The position numbers and the translations under genes are program-made. A stretch of DNA of 64,000 bases from Hormiphora californensis (lineage: Eukaryota > Animalia > Ctenophora): NCBI GenBank assembly GCA_020137815.1, contig CM035358.1, forward strand, positions 5,642,001 to 5,706,000. Reading direction: 5' to 3'. Of this stretch, positions 58,940 through 64,000 are shown in pieces. Position 1 is the stretch's first letter, and each line of letters starts with the position of its first letter. Under the pieces are notes generated by a model. That model saw only the letters and a program-made list of their open reading frames with translations, did no database searches and was not told the DNA's origin.

Positions 58940-59400
58940 GGTTGCTAAGTTGAAAATTTTTGAATACACAATTTAAAGTGTTGCACGTGTATTTGGATGT
59001 TCTAGGGACTAATTTCCGTGTTTTGAAATTTCAAAATTTTTTTTCGATTTTTTCCCGATTTTTCACCGAAAACAAGGGTCACAAAAGTGGCTTGCGACTC
59101 GAAGTGGCTCAACCGTTTGGGCTGAAACTTCGAATATCAGTAGAAAATTACCCACTGAATACCAGACATATTGTTCGAAAGCGATATTTTGAGTATACAG
59201 CAAGGTATACAAAATATAGTGCTCCATTGACTTCATTAACCCTAAAATCCCCATTATTTACGCAAAAACGCGGGTTATGAAAGCCGCTTGCGACTCGAAG
59301 CGGCAAAACAATTTGGGCTGAAACTTCGGAAATCAGTAGAAAATTACCCACTGAATACCAGACATATTGTTCGAAAGCGATATTTTTCAACTTAGCAACC
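58940..59400. mobile_element. non-autonomous TIR element with an internal ~100-bp direct repeat
   Basis: GGTTGCTAAGTTGAAAA / TTTTCAACTTAGCAACC; ~59091-59189 repeated at ~59287-59386. Confidence 0.7.
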
Positions 59401-59684
59401 CCTAGTTACCATGGTAACGTGAAACTAGAGTCACCATGGTAACGTCACCATGGTAACGTGAAACTAGAGTCACCTGTCTTGTCTGTTTCACCAGGCATGA
59501 TACGACTTTATTAGTTGCTGGATGCTGGTTGATATTTGCAAGGACTTCTATACTTCCCCTCAGGGCTCAGGGGTTATTCAAAGACTTCTATTTCCTCTCA
59601 GGGGTTACTCAACGACTTCTATTTCCTCTCAGGGGTTACTCAAACACTTCTATCTCCCCTAAGGTGTTACTCAAACACTTCTAT

Positions 59685-62600
59685 GAACCTCCTTATCTCT
59701 AAGAAACTTTCCCACTTTTACCCTCCTTATCTCTAAGAAACTTTCCCACTTAGACCATACTTTTCTCTAAGAAACTTGCCCACTTTAACCATCCTTATCA
59801 CTAAGAAACTTTCCCACTTTGACCCTCCTTATCTCTAAGAAACTTTCCCACTTAGACCATACTTATCTCTAAGAAACTTGCCCACTTTAACCATCCTTAT
59901 CACTAAGAAACTTTCCCACTTTGACCCTCCTTATCTCTAAGAAACTTTCCCACTTTGACCCTCCTTATCTCTAAGAAACTTTCCCACTTTGACCCTCCTT
60001 ATCTCTGAGAAACTTTCCAACTTTGACCCTCCTTATCTCTAAGAACCTTTGCCACTTTGACCCTTCTTATCTCTGAGAAACTTTCCCACTTTGACTCTCC
60101 TTATCCCTAACAAACTTTCGCACTTTGACCCTCCTTATCTCTAAGAAACTTTCCGACTTTGACCCTCCCAATCTCTAAGAAACTTTCCCACTTTGATTCT
60201 CCTTATCTCTAAGAAACTTTCCCACTTTGACCCTCCTTATCTCTTAGAAACTTTCCCACTTTGGCCCTCCTTATCTCTAAGAAAATTTCCCACTTTGAAC
60301 CTCCTTATCTCTAAGAAAATTGCCCACTTTGACCCTCCTTATCTCTAAGAAACTTTCCTACTTTGACCCTCCTTATCTCTAAGAAACTTTCCCACTTTGA
60401 CCCTCCTTATCTCTAAGAAACTTTCCGACTTTCAACCTCCTTATCTCTAAGAAACTTTGCCACTTTGACCCTCCTTATCTCTAAGAAACTTTTCGACTTT
60501 GACGCTCCTTATCTCTAAGAAACTTTCCCACTTTGACCCTCCTTATCTCTGAGAAACTTTCCCACTTTGAACCTCCTTATCTCTAAGAACCTTTGCCACT
60601 TTGACCCTTCTTATCTCTAAGAAACTTTCCTACTTTGACCCTCCTTATCTCTAAGAAACTTTCCCACTTTGACCCTCCTTATCTCTAAGAAACTTTCCCA
60701 GTTTGACCCTCCTTATCTCTAAGAAAATTTCCCACTTTGACCCTCCTTATCTCTAAGAAACTTTCCCACTTTGACCCTCCTTATCTCTAAGAAACTTTCC
60801 CACTTTCAACCTCCTTATCTCTAAGAAACTTTGCCACTTTGACCCTCCTTATCTCTAAGAAACTTTCCCACTTTGACCCTCCTTATCTCTAAGAAACTTT
60901 CCCAGTTTGACCCTCCTTATCTCTAAGAAAATTTCCCACTTTGACCCTCCTTATCTCTAAGAAACTTTCCCACTTTGACCCTCCTTATCTCTAAGAAACT
61001 TTCCCACTTTCAACCTCCTTATCTCTAAGAAACTTTGCCACTTTGACCCTCCTTATCTCTAAGAAACTTTTCGACTTTGACCCTCCTTATCTCTAAGAAC
61101 CTTTGCCACTTTGACCCTTCTTATCTCTAAGAAACTTTCCCACTTTGACTCTCCTTATCCCTAAGAAACTTTCCCACTTTGACCCTCCTTATCTCTAAGA
61201 AACTTTCCCAGTTTGACGATCCCAATCTCTAAGAAACTTTCCCACTTTGACTCTCCTTATCTCTAAGAAAATTTCCCACTTTGACCCTCCTTATCTCTAA
61301 GAAACTTTCCCACTTTGAACCTCCTTATCTCTAAGAAACTTTCCCACGTTGACCCTCCTTATCTCTAAGAAACTTTCCTATTTTGACCCTCCTTATCTCT
61401 AAGTAACTTTCCCACCTTGACCCTCCTTATCTCTAAGAAACTTTCCCACTTTGACCCTCCTTATCTCTAAGAAACTTTCCCACTTAGACTATCCTTATCT
61501 CTATGAAACTTTTCGACTTTGACCCTCCTTATCTCTAAGAAACTTTCCCACTTTGACCCACCTTATCTCTAAGAAACTTTCCCACTTTGAACCTCCTTAT
61601 CCCCCATAGGAATTTCGCGCGGAGGAACCTGCATCCTCCAGCCTTTTCGTCACCCGAATGAAGGTGATTATCCAAGAAGAAACTAGCTAAAGTCCTGGAG
61701 AAAACAGGCATTCGTGCAGTCATTGTCTACTGCCGCGTTCCCCCTGTCAACACTGTCTGACTGGAGAGGGGCGAGAATGGGAGAGAAAGAGGGGGTAGCT
61801 GTCAAGTGAATACCTACAACAATGGGAGAAAATTATGACACCAAGTGTCACTAACTATAGCTATGTATCTGTGCATTAATCTAAATAAAACCCAGATAGT
61901 ATTTTCTACAATATTATGTTACCTCCCGTTTTTTGGGAGTCTGTAAGTTAAATATTTTTTGAGATACACCAGACAAAGTTGAAAGGGGGAACGCGGCAGT
62001 AGACAATGACTGCACTAATGCCTGTTTTCTCCAGGACTTTAGCTAGTTTCTTCTTGGATAATCACCTTCATTCGGGTGACGAAAAGGCTGGAGGATGCAG
62101 GTTCCTCCACGCGAAATTTCTATGGGGGATCTCTAAGAAACTTTCCCACTTTGACCCTCGTTATATCTTAGAAACTTTCCCACTTTGGCCCTCCTTATCT
62201 CTAAGAAACTTTCCCACTTCGAACCTCCTTATCTCTTAAAACTTTCCCACTTTGACCCTCCTTATCTCTAAGAAACTTTCCAACTTAGGCCTTCCTTATC
62301 TCTAATAAACGTTCCCACTTTCACCCTCCTTATCCCTAAGAAACTTTCCCACTTTGACCCTCCTTATCTCTAAGAAACTCTCCCATTTTGACCTTCCTTA
62401 TCTCTAAGAAACTTTCCCACTTTGAACCTCCTTATCTCTAAGAAACTTTCCCACTTTGACTGTCCTTATCTCTAAGAAACTTTCCCACTTTGACCCTCCT
62501 TATCTCTAAAAAACTTTCCCACTTTGAACCTCCTTATCTCTAAGAAACTTTCCCACTTTGACCCTCCTTATTTCTAAGAAAATTTACCACTTTGACCCTC

Positions 62601-64000
62601 CTTATCTCTAAGAAACTATGCCACTTTGACCCTCCTTATCTCTAAGAAACTTTCCCACTTTGAACCTCCCTATCTCTAAGAAAATTTCCCACTTTGACCC
62701 TCCTTATCTCTAAGAAACTTTCCCACTTTGAACCTCCTTATCTCTAAGAAACTTTCCCACTTTGACCCTCCTTATCTCTAAGAAACTTTCCTACTTTGAC
62801 CCTCCTTATCTCTAAGAAACTTTCCCACTTTGACCCTCCTTATCTCTAAGAAACTTTCCCACGTTGACCCTCCTTATCTCTAAGAAACTTTCCCACTTTC
62901 AACCTCCTTATCTCTAAGAAACTTTGCCACTTTGACCCTCCTTATCTCTTAGAAACTTTCCCACTTTGACCCTCCTTATCTCTAAGAAACTTTCCCACTT
63001 TCAACCTCCTTATCTCTAAGAAACTTTCCCACTTTGAACCTCCTTATCTCTTAGAAACTTTCCCACTTTGGCCCTCCTTATCTCTAAGAAACTTTCCCAC
63101 TTTGAACCTCCCTATCTCTAAGAAAATTTCCCACTTTGACCCTCCTTATCTCTAAGAAACTTTCCCACTTTGAACCTCCTTATCTCTAAGAAACTTTCCC
63201 ACGTTGACCCTCCTTATCTTTAAGAAACTTTCCTACTTTGACCCTCCTTATCTCTAAGAAAATTTCCCACTTTGACCCTCCTTATCTCTAAGAAACTTTC
63301 CCACTTTGACCCTCCTTATCTCTAAGAAACTTTCCCACTTTCAACCTCCTTATCTCTAAGAAACTTTCCCACTTTGACCCTCCTTATCTCTAAGAAACTT
63401 TTCGACTTTGACCCTCCTTATCTCTAAGAACCTTTGCCACTTTGACCCTTCTTATCTCTAAGAAACTTTCCCACTTTGACTCTCCTTATCCCTAAGAAAC
63501 TTTCCCACTTTGACCCTCCTTATCTCTAAGAAACTTTCCCAGTTTGACGATCCCAATCTCTAAGAAACTTTGCCACTTTGAACCTCCCTATCTCTAAGAA
63601 AATTTCCCACTTTGACCCTCCTTATTTCTAAGAAACTTTCCCACTTTGAACCTCCTTATCTCTAAGAAACTTTCCCACTTTGACCCTCCTTATCTCTAAG
63701 AAACTTTCCCACTTTCAACCTCCTTATCTCTAAGAAACTTTGCCACTTTGACCCTCCTTATCTCTAAGAAACTTTTCGACTTTGACCCTCCTTATCTCTA
63801 AGAACCTTTGCCACTTTGACCCTTCTTATCTCTAAGAAACTTTCCCACTTTGACTCTCCTTATCCCTAAGAAACTTTCCCACTTTGACCCTCCTTATCTC
63901 TAAGAAACTTTCCCAGTTTGACGATCCCAATCTCTAAGAAACTTTCCCACTTTGACTCTCCTTATCTCTAAGAAAATTTCCCACTTTGACCCTCCTTATC
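59685..64000. repeat. 34-bp satellite (CTAAGAAACTTTCCCACTTTGACCCTCCTTATCT), >100 copies, runs off the window
   Basis: 34-bp period by direct inspection; probably lies within an SLC7 intron. Confidence 0.97.
61601..62128. mobile_element. MITE with ~145-bp TIRs, CCC...GGG termini and AT target duplication (CMC/EnSpm-like)
   Basis: Interrupts a satellite unit as CCTT-AT-[element]-AT-CTCT; TIRs differ by only a few substitutions. Confidence 0.85.

Overview
Eukaryotic (animal) genomic DNA with GT-AG introns. It is probably from a cydippid ctenophore: the ~105-bp CAGGAACCGACCGAA-terminated MITE matches a repeat I recall from Pleurobrachia sequence (recollection, not verified). Host genes: (i) the 3' end of a + strand coiled-coil gene (467-2032); (ii) an 11-exon FTCD-like gene on + (~9520-41479) whose formiminotransferase active-site motif is degenerate; (iii) a - strand gene of at least 16 exons (50314 to 43126 or 41757) encoding a ~1000-1200 aa protein with nine copies of an unrecognised ~45-aa beta-rich domain; (iv) the 5' part of an SLC7/LAT-type amino-acid transporter. 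FTCD intron 8 holds an intact, very young Ty3/gypsy LTR retrotransposon (23044-31725, - strand). The window also has many MITEs, satellites and microsatellites, a scaffold gap, an apparently uncollapsed second haplotype (36466-39100) and several homopolymer-corrupted low-quality stretches. Most striking: (1) the retrotransposon has no polypurine tract, its LTRs are identical except for 3 nt at the U3 tip, the 5'-LTR tip exactly matches an internal 16-nt repeat, and the 3'-LTR version closes a ~106-nt bulged RNA hairpin, suggesting a non-canonical plus-strand priming or primer-translocation mechanism; (2) tandem arrays repeatedly built from the splice junctions themselves, including ~60 complete decoy 3' splice sites in front of one FTCD exon.
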